The notes: generated by a model not told the origin, from the letters alone. A stretch of 64,000 nt of DNA from Bacteroidaceae bacterium (GCA_045612305.1 JAZKYU010000025.1:5813-69812), one strand, 5' to 3'; numbered from the stretch's first letter, positions 27,217 through 37,473 are shown. Numbers and translations: made by a program.

Positions 27217-28575
27217 ATGAAGCTAAACGAGGAATTTGAAGTTCGCACACGAGCGCTTTTTGGTGAAGAGCGCTACACGCGTTTTTTGTCGGCTCTTGGC
27301 GAGGAGCCCGTGGTGAGCGTGCGCAGGAACAATAACAAGCCCTTCTCTTCGTTCGAGGGGTTTGCTGTTCCGTGGGCTCCCGGGGAAGGTGTTTACCTTG
27401 CGTCGCGCCCTGTTTTTACGGCCGACCCGCTTTTTCACGCAGGTTGTTACTATGTTCAGGAGGCTTCCTCTATGTTCTTGGGACAGGTTGTTGAGCAGTT
27501 TGTGAAGGAGCCTGTGCGTGCGCTCGACCTCTGTGCTGCACCTGGTGGTAAAAGTACTCACCTGTTACAGGCACTGCCACAAGGTAGCCTTCTTGTTTCA
27601 AATGAGCTTATGCCCCAGCGCGCACAGATACTTGCCGAAAATGTGACAAAGTGGGGCTCTCCCTCGTCGGTGGTAACAAAGAACGCTCCTGCCGACTTTT
27701 CTTCTTTCCGCAACTTTTTCGACCTAGTCGTGGTGGACGCTCCTTGCTCGGGTGAGGGTATGTTTCGCAAGGACGACTTTGCGGTGGAGCAGTGGAGCCC
27801 TGCGGTTGTGAAGCAGTGTGTGCAGACTCAAGAAGAGATACTCGAAGATATTTGGGGTTGTTTGCGCCCTGGTGGTTTGCTGGTGTATGGTACCTGTACC
27901 TTTAACGCCGATGAGAACGAAAACCGCGTAGCGTGGATAGCCGAGGAACTTGGCGCCGACCCTTTGCTTGTGAATATAGATGCCTCGTGGGGCATAACCG
28001 GCTCGCTCACAAAGGAGGGCTTGCCTGTGTATCGTTTTATCCCGGGCTACACCCGTGGCGAGGGCCTTTTTATGGCTGTGTTGCGCAAAAAAGGCGAAGA
28101 GTCGCTTGCGCAGCCCCGTGCAGCAAAGTTGCAGCCTGCCGTGGCGAAACTGAAGAAGGAACTTTCTGCGTGGTTGAAAAACCCCGAGGCATACAACATC
28201 GTTATGCAGGGAGATAACGTTGTGGCTCTCCCCCTAGAGCACGCGTCGGTCATCGCCTCTTTGCAACAGAAACTTAAAGTGTTGCACGCAGGTATACCCC
28301 TCGCAACAATAAAAAACAATAAAGTAATACCCAATCACGCTGTGGCTATGAGTTGTGAACTCGACGTTTCGGCCTTCGCCTGTGTGGAACTTGAGCGTGA
28401 GCAAGCGCTGGCCTATCTGCACCGCGAGACGCTCAACCTGCCCTCGGCACCTATGGGCTACATACTGCTCACATACAAGGGGGCGGCGCTTGGCTTTGTG
28501 AAGAACGTGGGCAACCGCGCAAACAATATGTATCCTCAAGAGTGGAGGATACGTAAAAATCCTATGGAATTTTAA
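27217..28575 (+). CDS. rsmF: RsmB/RsmF (NOL1/NOP2/Sun) family RNA cytosine-C5 methyltransferase
   Basis: Start moved to 27217 (MKLNEEFEVRTRALFG...). LDLCAAPGGKST SAM motif, DAPCSGEGMFRK and TCTF catalytic Cys motifs, C-terminal PUA-like/RsmF extension. The upstream 34 codons of the track ORF cover the promoter box. Confidence 0.85.
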   Translation: MKLNEEFEVRTRALFGEERYTRFLSALGEEPVVSVRRNNNKPFSSFEGFAVPWAPGEGVYLASRPVFTADPLFHAGCYYVQEASSMFLGQVVEQFVKEPVRALDLCAAPGGKSTHLLQALPQGSLLVSNELMPQRAQILAENVTKWGSPSSVVTKNAPADFSSFRNFFDLVVVDAPCSGEGMFRKDDFAVEQWSPAVVKQCVQTQEEILEDIWGCLRPGGLLVYGTCTFNADENENRVAWIAEELGADPLLVNIDASWGITGSLTKEGLPVYRFIPGYTRGEGLFMAVLRKKGEESLAQPRAAKLQPAVAKLKKELSAWLKNPEAYNIVMQGDNVVALPLEHASVIASLQQKLKVLHAGIPLATIKNNKVIPNHAVAMSCELDVSAFACVELEREQALAYLHRETLNLPSAPMGYILLTYKGAALGFVKNVGNRANNMYPQEWRIRKNPMEF

Positions 28576-28587
28576 ATAAAATATGAT

Positions 28588-30561
28588 ATGAAGAAAATCA
28601 CATTCTTGTTTTTACTCTTTTTTGTGGCGCTGTCGGCCTTTGCACAGATGTTCAACCCCGTGGAGGTTGAGCAGAAGCTGGTTGTGAACGGTGCCGAAGG
28701 CGAGCTTGTGTTTAAAGCTTTCATCGAAGAGGGGTGGCACCTCTATGCTACCGATATACCGGCGGGTGGCCCCACGGCGGCAAGCGTAACGTTTGAAACC
28801 TTGCAGGGTGTTGAGCCTGTGGGGGCGTTGCTGTCGGGTGAGGGCGTCGTGGAGAAGATGGATGCCATCTTTGAGATGCGTGTTACATACTTCGAAAGCG
28901 AGGGCTCGTTTGTGCAGAAACTGAAGTTTAACGGCGGTGCTTACAGGTTGCAAGGTTATCTTGAGTATGGTGCCTGCAACGATGAAAATTGTATGCCGCC
29001 CACAAAATTTGAGTTTGACATAAAAGGCGAGGCTGCAGCCTCAAAAGAGCAACCGTCGCCCCAGGCTGCTGTAGTTGTGGCAGAGCCTCTTGCGAAGAGT
29101 GAGGAGCCGGTCTTGGATGAGCGTTTTTCGGCCTTGTGGGCACCTGTTGTCGACAAACTTGCTGCTATGGGCGAGGGTGGTAGCACGGCGTCGCGTTCGT
29201 TGTGGATAACTTTCCTCTTGGGCTTCGGCGGTGGTTTCTTGGCGTTGCTCACCCCCTGTGTGTGGCCCATAATACCGATGACAGTGAGTTTCTTCCTTAA
29301 ACGTACAAAAAACCGTCGTAAGGCTATAGGTGAGGCTGCTTTCTATGGTGTTTCCATAGTGGTTATATATCTTGTGCTTGGTTTGGTAGTTACAGCGCTT
29401 TTTGGTGCAAGTGCACTTAACGCTCTGTCGACAAACGCTGTGTTCAATATATTCTTCTGTGCTCTGTTGTTGCTCTTCGGAGCATCGTTCTTGGGTGGTT
29501 TTGAGCTTACTCTTCCCTCGTCGTGGACAAACAAGGTCGACGAGAAGGCAAGCAACACAACAGGCCTTTTGAGTATTTTTTTGATGGCTTTCACGCTTAC
29601 CCTTGTGTCTTTCTCGTGTACAGGCCCCATTATAGGTTTCTTGCTCGTAGAGGTGTCGGTGTCGGGCTCTTTGTTTGGCCCTGCCGTGGGTATGTTGGGT
29701 TTTGCTCTTGCTCTTGCTTTGCCCTTCACTCTTTTTGCTCTCTTCCCAACCTTGCTCAAGCAGGCTCCTCGCTCGGGTGGTTGGATGAACACTATAAAGG
29801 TGGTGCTTGGCTTTGTGGAGATAGCTTTTGCGCTTAAGTTCTTCTCGGTTGCCGACCTTGCATATGGCTGGCGTCTGCTCGACCGTGAGACCTTCCTTGC
29901 TATATGGATAGTGCTTTTTGCTTTGCTCGGTCTTTATCTGTTGAATATAATACGCTTCCCGCACGACGATGCAGAGGAGAAACAAACCTCGGTGCCCAAG
30001 TTCTTTGCGGCGCTCTTCTCTTTGGCTTTTGCGGTGTATATGGTCCCCGGTCTTTGGGGTGCCCCTTGCAAGGCGGTGAGCGCGTTTGCTCCCCCTATGT
30101 GGACACAAGATTTTAATTTGAACGAAAACGAGGTACACCCCGCAAGCAGCGACTACGAGGAGGGTATGGCCTTGGCGCGTCGCCAGGGCAAGCCTGCTTT
30201 GCTCGACTTTACCGGTTATGGTTGTGTAAATTGTCGCAATATGGAATCGGCTGTGTGGAGCGATGCTCGTGTTGCTGAGATATTGCGCGACGACTATGTG
30301 CTTATCTCGCTTTTTGTCGACGACAAAACTGCTCTCAAAGAGCCTATAGAGGTTACTGAGCAAGGTGCTGTGCGCAAACTGCGCACCGTGGGCGACTTGT
30401 GGAGCTACCTGCAACGATATAAATTTGGTGCTAACGCACAACCTTTCTATGTTCCTGTAGACAACGATGGTAACCCCTTGGCAGGCTCTTACTCTTTCGA
30501 CCTAGATGCCGATGCCTATGTGAAATTTCTCGAGGAGGGCTTGTCGAACTATAAAAAGTAA
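28588..30561 (+). CDS. dsbD: DsbD-family thiol:disulfide interchange protein (N-terminal DsbD-alpha-like, TM core, C-terminal thioredoxin)
   Basis: 657 aa. Signal peptide, LTPCVWPIIP and SFSCTGPIIG membrane Cys motifs, C-terminal thioredoxin fold with GYGCVNCR (CxxC). Confidence 0.88.
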   Translation: MKKITFLFLLFFVALSAFAQMFNPVEVEQKLVVNGAEGELVFKAFIEEGWHLYATDIPAGGPTAASVTFETLQGVEPVGALLSGEGVVEKMDAIFEMRVTYFESEGSFVQKLKFNGGAYRLQGYLEYGACNDENCMPPTKFEFDIKGEAAASKEQPSPQAAVVVAEPLAKSEEPVLDERFSALWAPVVDKLAAMGEGGSTASRSLWITFLLGFGGGFLALLTPCVWPIIPMTVSFFLKRTKNRRKAIGEAAFYGVSIVVIYLVLGLVVTALFGASALNALSTNAVFNIFFCALLLLFGASFLGGFELTLPSSWTNKVDEKASNTTGLLSIFLMAFTLTLVSFSCTGPIIGFLLVEVSVSGSLFGPAVGMLGFALALALPFTLFALFPTLLKQAPRSGGWMNTIKVVLGFVEIAFALKFFSVADLAYGWRLLDRETFLAIWIVLFALLGLYLLNIIRFPHDDAEEKQTSVPKFFAALFSLAFAVYMVPGLWGAPCKAVSAFAPPMWTQDFNLNENEVHPASSDYEEGMALARRQGKPALLDFTGYGCVNCRNMESAVWSDARVAEILRDDYVLISLFVDDKTALKEPIEVTEQGAVRKLRTVGDLWSYLQRYKFGANAQPFYVPVDNDGNPLAGSYSFDLDADAYVKFLEEGLSNYKK

Positions 30562-30592
30562 CGCATTTTGCCGTAAATTTATAAAAACTATA

Positions 30593-30600
30593 TATTTTTG
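30593..30600 (+). promoter_or_regulatory. Candidate -7 box TATTTTTG for the GH3 operon
   Basis: TAnnTTTG match 78 nt upstream of the ATG at 30679. Confidence 0.4.
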
Positions 30601-30678
30601 TATCTAACAAATGCCTGCCTTGGGCAGTGCAAAAACAATAAATGATGCACGGTTGCTGCATAATGTAACCACAAGACT

Positions 30679-32187
30679 ATGAACGAAACAACAATTGTAA
30701 AGTCGCTCCTTAGCGGGAGAGTAAAGAAGATTGCAAAGTATGCTACAGAGGCCGAAGCTATACAGCGCGGTGTGCTTAAAAGACTTGTTTCCACAGCTGC
30801 CGGAACAGAGTGGGGTATAAAACACAATTACTCCGACGCTTTGAGCTACGAAAAGTTTGCAGCAAATGTTGAGGTGCAGAACTACGAAACACTCAAAGGT
30901 TACATAGACCGTATGCGTCACGGCGAGAAAGATGTTCTGTGGAAAGGGCGTTGCAAGTGGTATGCGAAATCGTCGGGAACAACAAACGACAAGAGCAAGT
31001 TTATCCCTGTAACTCCTGCTGGCTTGCAGAACGCTCACTACAAGGGTGGTGCCGACGTGGTAGCTCTTTACCTTGATAATAATCCCCAAAGCCGCATGTT
31101 CTCGGGTAAGGGTTTGATTCTTGGTGGTAGCCACGCTTCAAACTATAACTTGCGCGGCAGCCTTGTGGGCGACTTGAGCGCTATACTTATAGAAAACTGT
31201 AACCCGCTTGTAAATATGGTGCGTGTGCCCCATAAGTCTATAGCTCTCTTGAGCGATTTTGAGGAGAAGATGGACAAGATAGCTCGCGCTACATACAACA
31301 AGAACGTAACAAACCTCTCGGGTGTGCCTTCGTGGATGATGGCTGTGCTCAAACATATGCTGGAGATTACAGGCAAAAACAGTGTAGAGGAGCTGTGGCC
31401 CAACCTCGAGGTCTTCTTCCACGGCGGTGTGGCCTTTACCCCCTATCGCGAGCAGTATCTCCAGCTCATACGCAAGCCCGATATGAAGTATATGGAGACC
31501 TACAACGCCAGCGAGGGTTTCTTTGGTATACAGAACGACCCCACCGACCCCGCTATGTTGCTTATGATAGACTACGATGTGTTCTACGAGTTTATACCCT
31601 TTGAGGATATAGACTCTCCCAACCCTCGCGTGCTCCCTCTCTGGGAAGTTGAGGTGGGCAAGAACTATGCTATGCTCATAAGTACATCTTGCGGTTTGTG
31701 GCGTTATATGATAGGCGACACCGTGCGCTTTATGAGCAAAGACCCCTACAAGATTGTTATTTCGGGGCGTACCAAACACTTTATAAACGCTTTTGGCGAG
31801 GAGCTCATCGTTGACAACGCCGAAAAGGGCTTGAAGAAGGCTTGCGAGGAGACCGGTGCTCAGGTTTCTGAATACACTGCAGCTCCTGTATTTATGGATG
31901 CTAACGCGCAGTGCCGTCATCAGTGGCTTATAGAGTTCTCAAAAGAGCCCGACTCACTTGAGCGCTTCGCCGAGATACTCGACACAACACTGCAGCAGAT
32001 AAATTCGGACTACGAGGCTAAACGCTACAAGAACATAACCCTGCAGCCGCTGGAGATCGTGGTTGCACGCAAAAACCTTTTCAACGATTGGTTGAAGAGC
32101 AAGGGCAAGCTTGGTGGTCAGCACAAGGTGCCTCGCTTGAGCAACAGCCGTCAGTATATAGAGGATATGATGTCATTTAACGAATAA
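30679..32187 (+). CDS. GH3-family (plant auxin-responsive GH3-like) acyl-adenylate-forming amido synthetase homolog
   Basis: 502 aa. KSSGTTNDKSKFIPVT (ANL/GH3 P-loop-like SSGTT motif), YNASEGFFGIQ, and the RYMIGDTVRF hinge motif typical of GH3 proteins. Confidence 0.8.
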   Translation: MNETTIVKSLLSGRVKKIAKYATEAEAIQRGVLKRLVSTAAGTEWGIKHNYSDALSYEKFAANVEVQNYETLKGYIDRMRHGEKDVLWKGRCKWYAKSSGTTNDKSKFIPVTPAGLQNAHYKGGADVVALYLDNNPQSRMFSGKGLILGGSHASNYNLRGSLVGDLSAILIENCNPLVNMVRVPHKSIALLSDFEEKMDKIARATYNKNVTNLSGVPSWMMAVLKHMLEITGKNSVEELWPNLEVFFHGGVAFTPYREQYLQLIRKPDMKYMETYNASEGFFGIQNDPTDPAMLLMIDYDVFYEFIPFEDIDSPNPRVLPLWEVEVGKNYAMLISTSCGLWRYMIGDTVRFMSKDPYKIVISGRTKHFINAFGEELIVDNAEKGLKKACEETGAQVSEYTAAPVFMDANAQCRHQWLIEFSKEPDSLERFAEILDTTLQQINSDYEAKRYKNITLQPLEIVVARKNLFNDWLKSKGKLGGQHKVPRLSNSRQYIEDMMSFNE

Positions 32188-32192
32188 AAAAT

Positions 32193-34115
32193 ATGTCAAT
32201 AAAAGAGCTTGTATTTTCCCTGTCGATAGTAACATTGCTTGTCGGTTGTGCAAGTATGGGAACGCCCGACGGTGGCCCCTACGACGAGGAGCCGCCCGTG
32301 TTTGTGGGTGGTACCCCCTCGCAAAATGCCTTGAACGTAACCGACAGGAGAATAGTTATAGAGTTCAACGAGAATATACGCTTGGAGAACGCTTTTGAGA
32401 AGGTTATTATATCACCTCCTCAAATAGAGCAACCGCAAATAAAGTATGTAGGCAAGCGTGTAACTGTGCAGCTCGAGGATAGTCTAATACCCAACACTAC
32501 CTATTCTATAGATTTTAACGATGCTATAGTCGATAACAACGAGGGTAACCCCCTGGAGAACTTTGCCTATGTTTTCTCAACAGGTACCACGGTGGATACT
32601 TTGGGTGTTTCGGGTACTGTGCTCAACGCAAAGGACCTAGAGCCTATAAAGGGTATTATGGTCGGCGTGCACTCTTTGCTTGACGACACGGCTTTTACCA
32701 AGAAACCCTTTGAGAGAGTCTCGCGCACCGACAGCCGTGGTCGTTTTACCATAAAGGGTATGGCGCCGGGCAAGTATAGAATATATGCTCTTGCCGACAT
32801 AAACAACAACTACCTTTTCGACCAAAAGGTGGAGGCTGTAGCCTTTTCCGACGTTTTAATATCTCCGTCGGCCTATCGTGCTGTGCGCTACGACACTATA
32901 TGGCGCAACGCCGAAACTATAGACACGGTGCGTGCGGTGGAGTATACACACTACAGCCCCGACGATATTGTGCTGCGTGCCTTTAAAGAGGACTTTTACA
33001 CACAGTATATCGTTAAATATCCTCGCTTGGAACACAACAGCTTTACTCTCTACTTTGCAGCGCCAAACAGCGAACTTCCCAAGATTGAGGGGTTGAACTT
33101 CGACGAGAAGGATGCTTATGTCTTGGATGCTTGTGCAACAAACGACACGTTGCGTTATTGGTTTAAAGATTCTGCAGTCTACAATATGGACACGCTGAAA
33201 CTTGCCGTGACATATAATGTCCTCGATTCTTTGCTTCAGATGGTGCCGCAAACCGACACCCTCTACATTGCATCGAAAAAGCGTTATGAGACCGTGTGCA
33301 GAGAGGCTGCCGAGAAACTAGAGAAAGAGAAAAAACGTTTTTTGAAGGCTGCAAAACGCCGCGAAGATTACGACGAGGAAAACCCTCCGCAGTATATACC
33401 CCCTACACCTCTGCTGAAGATAAAAAGCTCTGCAGCATCGTATATGGACTTTGACGATGAGCTGGAATTTAATTTCGACGAGCCTCTTGCAAGCATAGAT
33501 ACATCTTTTATACATCTCTCGTTGGTTGTAGACTCGGTGTTTACCCCCATCCCCTATGTGTTCCGTCAGAGCGAGGACGATATTAAAAAATATTACCTCT
33601 ACGCAGAGTGGCGTCCCGAGCAGGTGTATAGCCTTCAAATAGATTCTGCTGCGTTCAAGAGCCTTTATGGCAAGGTGTCCGACGGGGTTGAGAGCAAGAT
33701 GAAGTTCCGTTCTTTGGACTCTTACGCTGTGCTCTATCTCAACATCCCCCACACAGGCGACGATGCGGTGGTGCAGCTTGTGGCTTCGTCCGACAGAGTT
33801 GTTGCCGAGCAACGCACAAAAGCCAACAAGTGTGCGTTCTATTTTATAAAGCCGGGTGATTACTCTTTGCGTTTGTTTATGGACAAGAACAAGAACGGTA
33901 AGTGGGACACAGGCTCTTACGAGGGTAAAATACAGCCCGAGGAGGTTTACTACTACCCCCGCATACTTGAGTTGAGAGCTCTCTTCGAGTATCAGCAGGA
34001 CGATTGGGATATAACCTCTCCGCTAGAAAAACAGAAGCCTCTGGAGATAACCAAGCAGCAGCCCGACAAGGAGAAGGTTAAAATAAACCGTAACAAAACA
34101 AGGCATTTTAAATAG
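32193..34115 (+). CDS. Ig-like (SbsA_Ig/Big_5-type) domain lipoprotein
   Basis: 640 aa. Lipobox LLVGC, N-terminal Ig-like segment (PPVFVGGTPSQNALNV...IVIEFNE), carboxypeptidase-regulatory-like beta-sandwich (GVSGTVLNAKDLEPIKGIMVGV), basic K-rich C-terminal tail. Starts 5 nt after the GH3 stop. Confidence 0.7.
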   Translation: MSIKELVFSLSIVTLLVGCASMGTPDGGPYDEEPPVFVGGTPSQNALNVTDRRIVIEFNENIRLENAFEKVIISPPQIEQPQIKYVGKRVTVQLEDSLIPNTTYSIDFNDAIVDNNEGNPLENFAYVFSTGTTVDTLGVSGTVLNAKDLEPIKGIMVGVHSLLDDTAFTKKPFERVSRTDSRGRFTIKGMAPGKYRIYALADINNNYLFDQKVEAVAFSDVLISPSAYRAVRYDTIWRNAETIDTVRAVEYTHYSPDDIVLRAFKEDFYTQYIVKYPRLEHNSFTLYFAAPNSELPKIEGLNFDEKDAYVLDACATNDTLRYWFKDSAVYNMDTLKLAVTYNVLDSLLQMVPQTDTLYIASKKRYETVCREAAEKLEKEKKRFLKAAKRREDYDEENPPQYIPPTPLLKIKSSAASYMDFDDELEFNFDEPLASIDTSFIHLSLVVDSVFTPIPYVFRQSEDDIKKYYLYAEWRPEQVYSLQIDSAAFKSLYGKVSDGVESKMKFRSLDSYAVLYLNIPHTGDDAVVQLVASSDRVVAEQRTKANKCAFYFIKPGDYSLRLFMDKNKNGKWDTGSYEGKIQPEEVYYYPRILELRALFEYQQDDWDITSPLEKQKPLEITKQQPDKEKVKINRNKTRHFK

Positions 34116-34125
34116 TTGTGCATCT

Positions 34126-34935
34126 ATGTTAAAGAGAGTGTTTCTTCTGCTAGCTTTTGTAGCTCTTTTTCTTTCGGCAGGTGCTGTGGAGATAAAGAGG
34201 AAGCCTGCCTACAAGTCGGGCGAAACGCTTGAGTGTGTCTTCTATTTTAATTGGAAGTTTATTTGGGTGAAGGCTGGTGGTGCAAAGCTCATAATACGCG
34301 ATACCATATACAATAATCGCAAGGCACAGTATATGTCTCTCTTGAGCTCCACCAACGAAGCAGCCGACGCTTTCCTTAAAATGCGCGACACGCTGACAAC
34401 TATATTCACACCCGGGGATGTGCGTCCGCTGTACTATAAAAAGGTATCGGTGCAGGGGCGTCACGAATATTTCAACGAGGTGAAGTACGACTACACGGCC
34501 GACGGTAAAGTGAATATTTCGCAGCGTTATGTGCGCGACGGCGAGTTACGCGTGGCCGCAAAAGACACCCGCGATACTGCGGTCTACGATATGATGAGCA
34601 TGCTTGCTTACGCCCGCACTTTCGACTTTTCTACCCTAAAGAAGGGGCAACGTCTTACCTACCCTGTAGCTACAGGCAAGAGGGTGGAGGAGCAGTGCCT
34701 CATTTATCGTGGTACAACAAAGGTTAAGGCCAACGACGAGCTGACGTATGACTGTTTGGAGATATCCTTGGTGAAGATGGAAGGGGGCAAAGAGAAAACC
34801 ATCATAAACTTTTTTGTAACCAACGACGACAACCACCTTCCCATACTTCTCGACCTAGCCTTGAATTTCGGCTCGGCAAAAGCGCGGTTATCTCGTCGCA
34901 CAGGGTTGCTCTATCCGTTGTTACCCTCAAAGTAA
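34126..34935 (+). CDS. DUF3108-family protein (secreted)
   Basis: 269 aa. Signal peptide, then YKSGETLECVFYFNWKFIWVKAGGAKL, which I recognise as the DUF3108 N-terminal pattern. Starts 10 nt after the upstream stop. Confidence 0.7.
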   Translation: MLKRVFLLLAFVALFLSAGAVEIKRKPAYKSGETLECVFYFNWKFIWVKAGGAKLIIRDTIYNNRKAQYMSLLSSTNEAADAFLKMRDTLTTIFTPGDVRPLYYKKVSVQGRHEYFNEVKYDYTADGKVNISQRYVRDGELRVAAKDTRDTAVYDMMSMLAYARTFDFSTLKKGQRLTYPVATGKRVEEQCLIYRGTTKVKANDELTYDCLEISLVKMEGGKEKTIINFFVTNDDNHLPILLDLALNFGSAKARLSRRTGLLYPLLPSK

Positions 34936-34944
34936 GATAAACGA

Positions 34945-34984
34945 AAAAGATATAGGCATCACAAATTGTGATGCCTATATCTTT
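34945..34984. terminator. Bidirectional terminator (perfect 40-nt palindrome)
   Basis: AAAAGATATAGGCATCACAA / TTGTGATGCCTATATCTTTT. Lies between convergent DUF3108 and thrA. Confidence 0.88.
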
Positions 34985-35002
34985 TAATATTTATACTCTT
35001 TT

Positions 35003-37441
35003 TTAAATATTAGCTATTCGCATAATATCGGCAAACACGCCGGCTGCAGTTACGCTTGCTCCTGCACCATAGCCCTTTATGAGCATAGGATACTCCTTGT
35101 AACGCTCGGTGGTGAGCATAATTATGTTGTTGCTGCCCTCGAGGTTGTAGAAGGGGTGTTTGTCGTCTACCTTGCAGAGTGAAACGCTTCCCTTGCCGTT
35201 TTCGAACTTCGCAATAAAACGCCAGTGCATATTCTCGCTCTCGAGCACCTTGCGCTCGGCCTCAAATTTTGCGTCGAGCTCGGGGAGTTTAGCCCAGAAG
35301 TTCTCTTGTGAGCCCTCGAACAACTCGTCGGGTATAAAGAGGTTGGCTTCTACATCTTCTTGCTCTATGGTGTAGCCGGCTTCGCGTGCCAAGATAACGA
35401 GCTTGCGTATAACATCCTTGCCGCAGAGGTCGATGCGGGGATCGGGCTCGCTGTAACCCTTCTCTTTGGCCAGGCGCACAGCCTCGCTCATGGGTATATC
35501 CTTACTCAATACATTGAAGATGAAGTTTAGCGTTCCGCTGAGCACAGCCTCAATTTTTAATATCTTGTCGCCACTGTTTATAAGGTCGTTTATTGTGCTT
35601 ATAACGGGCAAGCCTGCGCCTACGTTGGTCTCGAAGAGGTACTTTATATTGCGTTGGCGGGCGATGTGTTTCAGCTTGCTGTATGTTGCGTAGTCCGACG
35701 ATGCGGCTATCTTGTTTGCAGCAACTACCGATATGTTGTGCTCCAAGAGCGCGGGGTAGAGCGATGCAACCTCTCCGTTTGCTGTACAGTCGACGAACAC
35801 AGAGTTGAATATGTTCATATCTATAATCTCCTCGCGCAACTTATATATGTCGCTCTCCTTGCTTGCTGCAAGAGTTTCGCGGTAGTTGGTGAGGTCGAGC
35901 CCCTCGAGGTCGAAGATGGCGTGGCGGCTGTTTGCTATACCCACGATGTTGAGCTGCAGGCTGTGCTCTTTCTTCAGAGTCTCTTGCTGCGATGCTATCT
36001 GCTCTATGAGGCTGCTGCCCACAGTTCCTATACCGCAGATGAAGAGGTTGAGCACCTTGTACTCCGACAGGAAGAAAGAGTCGTGTATGACGTTAAGTGT
36101 TTTGCGCAGCTGCTCATCCTTTACCACAAACGACACGTTGGTCTCCTGAGCACCTTGCGCGCAAGCTACCACGTTTATACCGTTGCGGCCAAGAGTCTGG
36201 AACAATTTGCCTATAATACCGGGTGTGTGACGCATATTCTCGCCCACGATAGCTACGGTCGATAGGTCGGTTTGTGCAGTAACAGCCTCCATCATACCCA
36301 TCGCAATCTCTTTCTTGAACTCTTCGTTGAGTACCTTGCAGGCTTTTGCAGCATCTTGGTGGCGCAAACCAAGCGAGGTGCTGTTCTCCGACGAGGCTTG
36401 TGCCACGAAGAAGACGCTTATCTCGGCGTCGGCAAGCGCGTGGAAGATACGGTGGTTAACACCCACAACACCCACCATGCCAAGGCCCTGAACGGTGAGC
36501 AGGTCGGTGTCGCTTATGCTTGAGATGCCTTTTATTATGCGCTCGCTTTTTCCGCAGTTGGCGCCGATAATGGTACCCGCACCCTCGGGGTTGAAGGTGT
36601 TGCGTATCTTTATTGGTATATTTGCTTTGAATACAGGGTATATTGTGGGAGGGTACACAACCTTTGCACCGAAGTTGCAAAGCTCGGTAGCCTCTACATA
36701 GCTCAAGCTCTCGATGGTGTAGGCCGAGTTGATGACACGCGGGTCGGCGGTCATAAAGCCGTCTACATCGGTCCAAATTTCAAGCATATTAGCGTTGAGG
36801 GCTGCGGCGAGTATGGCTGCTGTGTAGTCGGAGCCACCGCGGCCAAGGTTTGTTGTTTCCCCACTCTCAACATCAGAAGATATGAAGCCCGGCGCAACAA
36901 CTATTCTATCCTTGTTCTCCGAAAAATATTCGTGTATAAGCTTGTCTGTAGCCTCGTCGGCAAGGATGTATTTGTTGTGCTTTGTTTCGGTTTTAATATA
37001 TTTTCTCGAGTTAAAACGCACGGCGCCGTCGATGAGGGCGGTGACGATGCGGCTCGACAATCTCTCGCCGTAGCTCACGATAGTAGCCTCGGTCTTGGGT
37101 GTGGTGTTGTTTATAAGTGACAGACCAAGGTATATGTTTTGCAGTTGGTTGAGCAACATGTCAACCTCTTTCAAGAGGGCTGTACGCTTCTCCTCGTCGC
37201 CTATGATGGCATATATCATCTCGTGATGCCTTGCAACTATCGCCTGAAACTCGTCGTTGAACGCTTCGTTGCCGGCAACGGCCATATTTGATATCTTTAT
37301 GAGCCTGTCTGTAACTCCTCCAAGAGCCGAAACCACAACTATCACGGGCTCGGTCTTTGCAGCATCTTCAACGATGCTCTTTAAATTGAGTATGCTGTTT
37401 ACGGAACCAACAGATGTTCCGCCAAATTTCATTACTTTCAT
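35003..37441 (-). CDS. thrA: Bifunctional aspartokinase / homoserine dehydrogenase
   Basis: Start moved to 37441 (MKVMKFGGTSVGS, the canonical aspartokinase start). Has ACT-domain region and C-terminal homoserine dehydrogenase (GIGTVGSSL NAD motif; GAGAG...TAAGVFADI). 812 aa. Confidence 0.93.
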   Translation of the reverse strand: MKVMKFGGTSVGSVNSILNLKSIVEDAAKTEPVIVVVSALGGVTDRLIKISNMAVAGNEAFNDEFQAIVARHHEMIYAIIGDEEKRTALLKEVDMLLNQLQNIYLGLSLINNTTPKTEATIVSYGERLSSRIVTALIDGAVRFNSRKYIKTETKHNKYILADEATDKLIHEYFSENKDRIVVAPGFISSDVESGETTNLGRGGSDYTAAILAAALNANMLEIWTDVDGFMTADPRVINSAYTIESLSYVEATELCNFGAKVVYPPTIYPVFKANIPIKIRNTFNPEGAGTIIGANCGKSERIIKGISSISDTDLLTVQGLGMVGVVGVNHRIFHALADAEISVFFVAQASSENSTSLGLRHQDAAKACKVLNEEFKKEIAMGMMEAVTAQTDLSTVAIVGENMRHTPGIIGKLFQTLGRNGINVVACAQGAQETNVSFVVKDEQLRKTLNVIHDSFFLSEYKVLNLFICGIGTVGSSLIEQIASQQETLKKEHSLQLNIVGIANSRHAIFDLEGLDLTNYRETLAASKESDIYKLREEIIDMNIFNSVFVDCTANGEVASLYPALLEHNISVVAANKIAASSDYATYSKLKHIARQRNIKYLFETNVGAGLPVISTINDLINSGDKILKIEAVLSGTLNFIFNVLSKDIPMSEAVRLAKEKGYSEPDPRIDLCGKDVIRKLVILAREAGYTIEQEDVEANLFIPDELFEGSQENFWAKLPELDAKFEAERKVLESENMHWRFIAKFENGKGSVSLCKVDDKHPFYNLEGSNNIIMLTTERYKEYPMLIKGYGAGASVTAAGVFADIMRIANI

Positions 37442-37465
37442 CTTGTGTCTATTTTTTGCAAAATG

Positions 37466-37473
37466 CAAATATA
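37466..37473 (-). promoter_or_regulatory. Candidate -7 box TATATTTG for thrA
   Basis: TAnnTTTG on the minus strand, 24 nt upstream of the ATG at 37441. This implies a short leader with no room for a riboswitch. Confidence 0.45.

Noticed and set aside
29041-30441. 466-aa minus-strand ORF
   Set aside because: It lies entirely antisense to the well-supported DsbD gene. Its translation is low-complexity and R/K/H/Q/T-rich with no motifs. Long antisense ORFs like this are expected from the codon bias of the sense gene.
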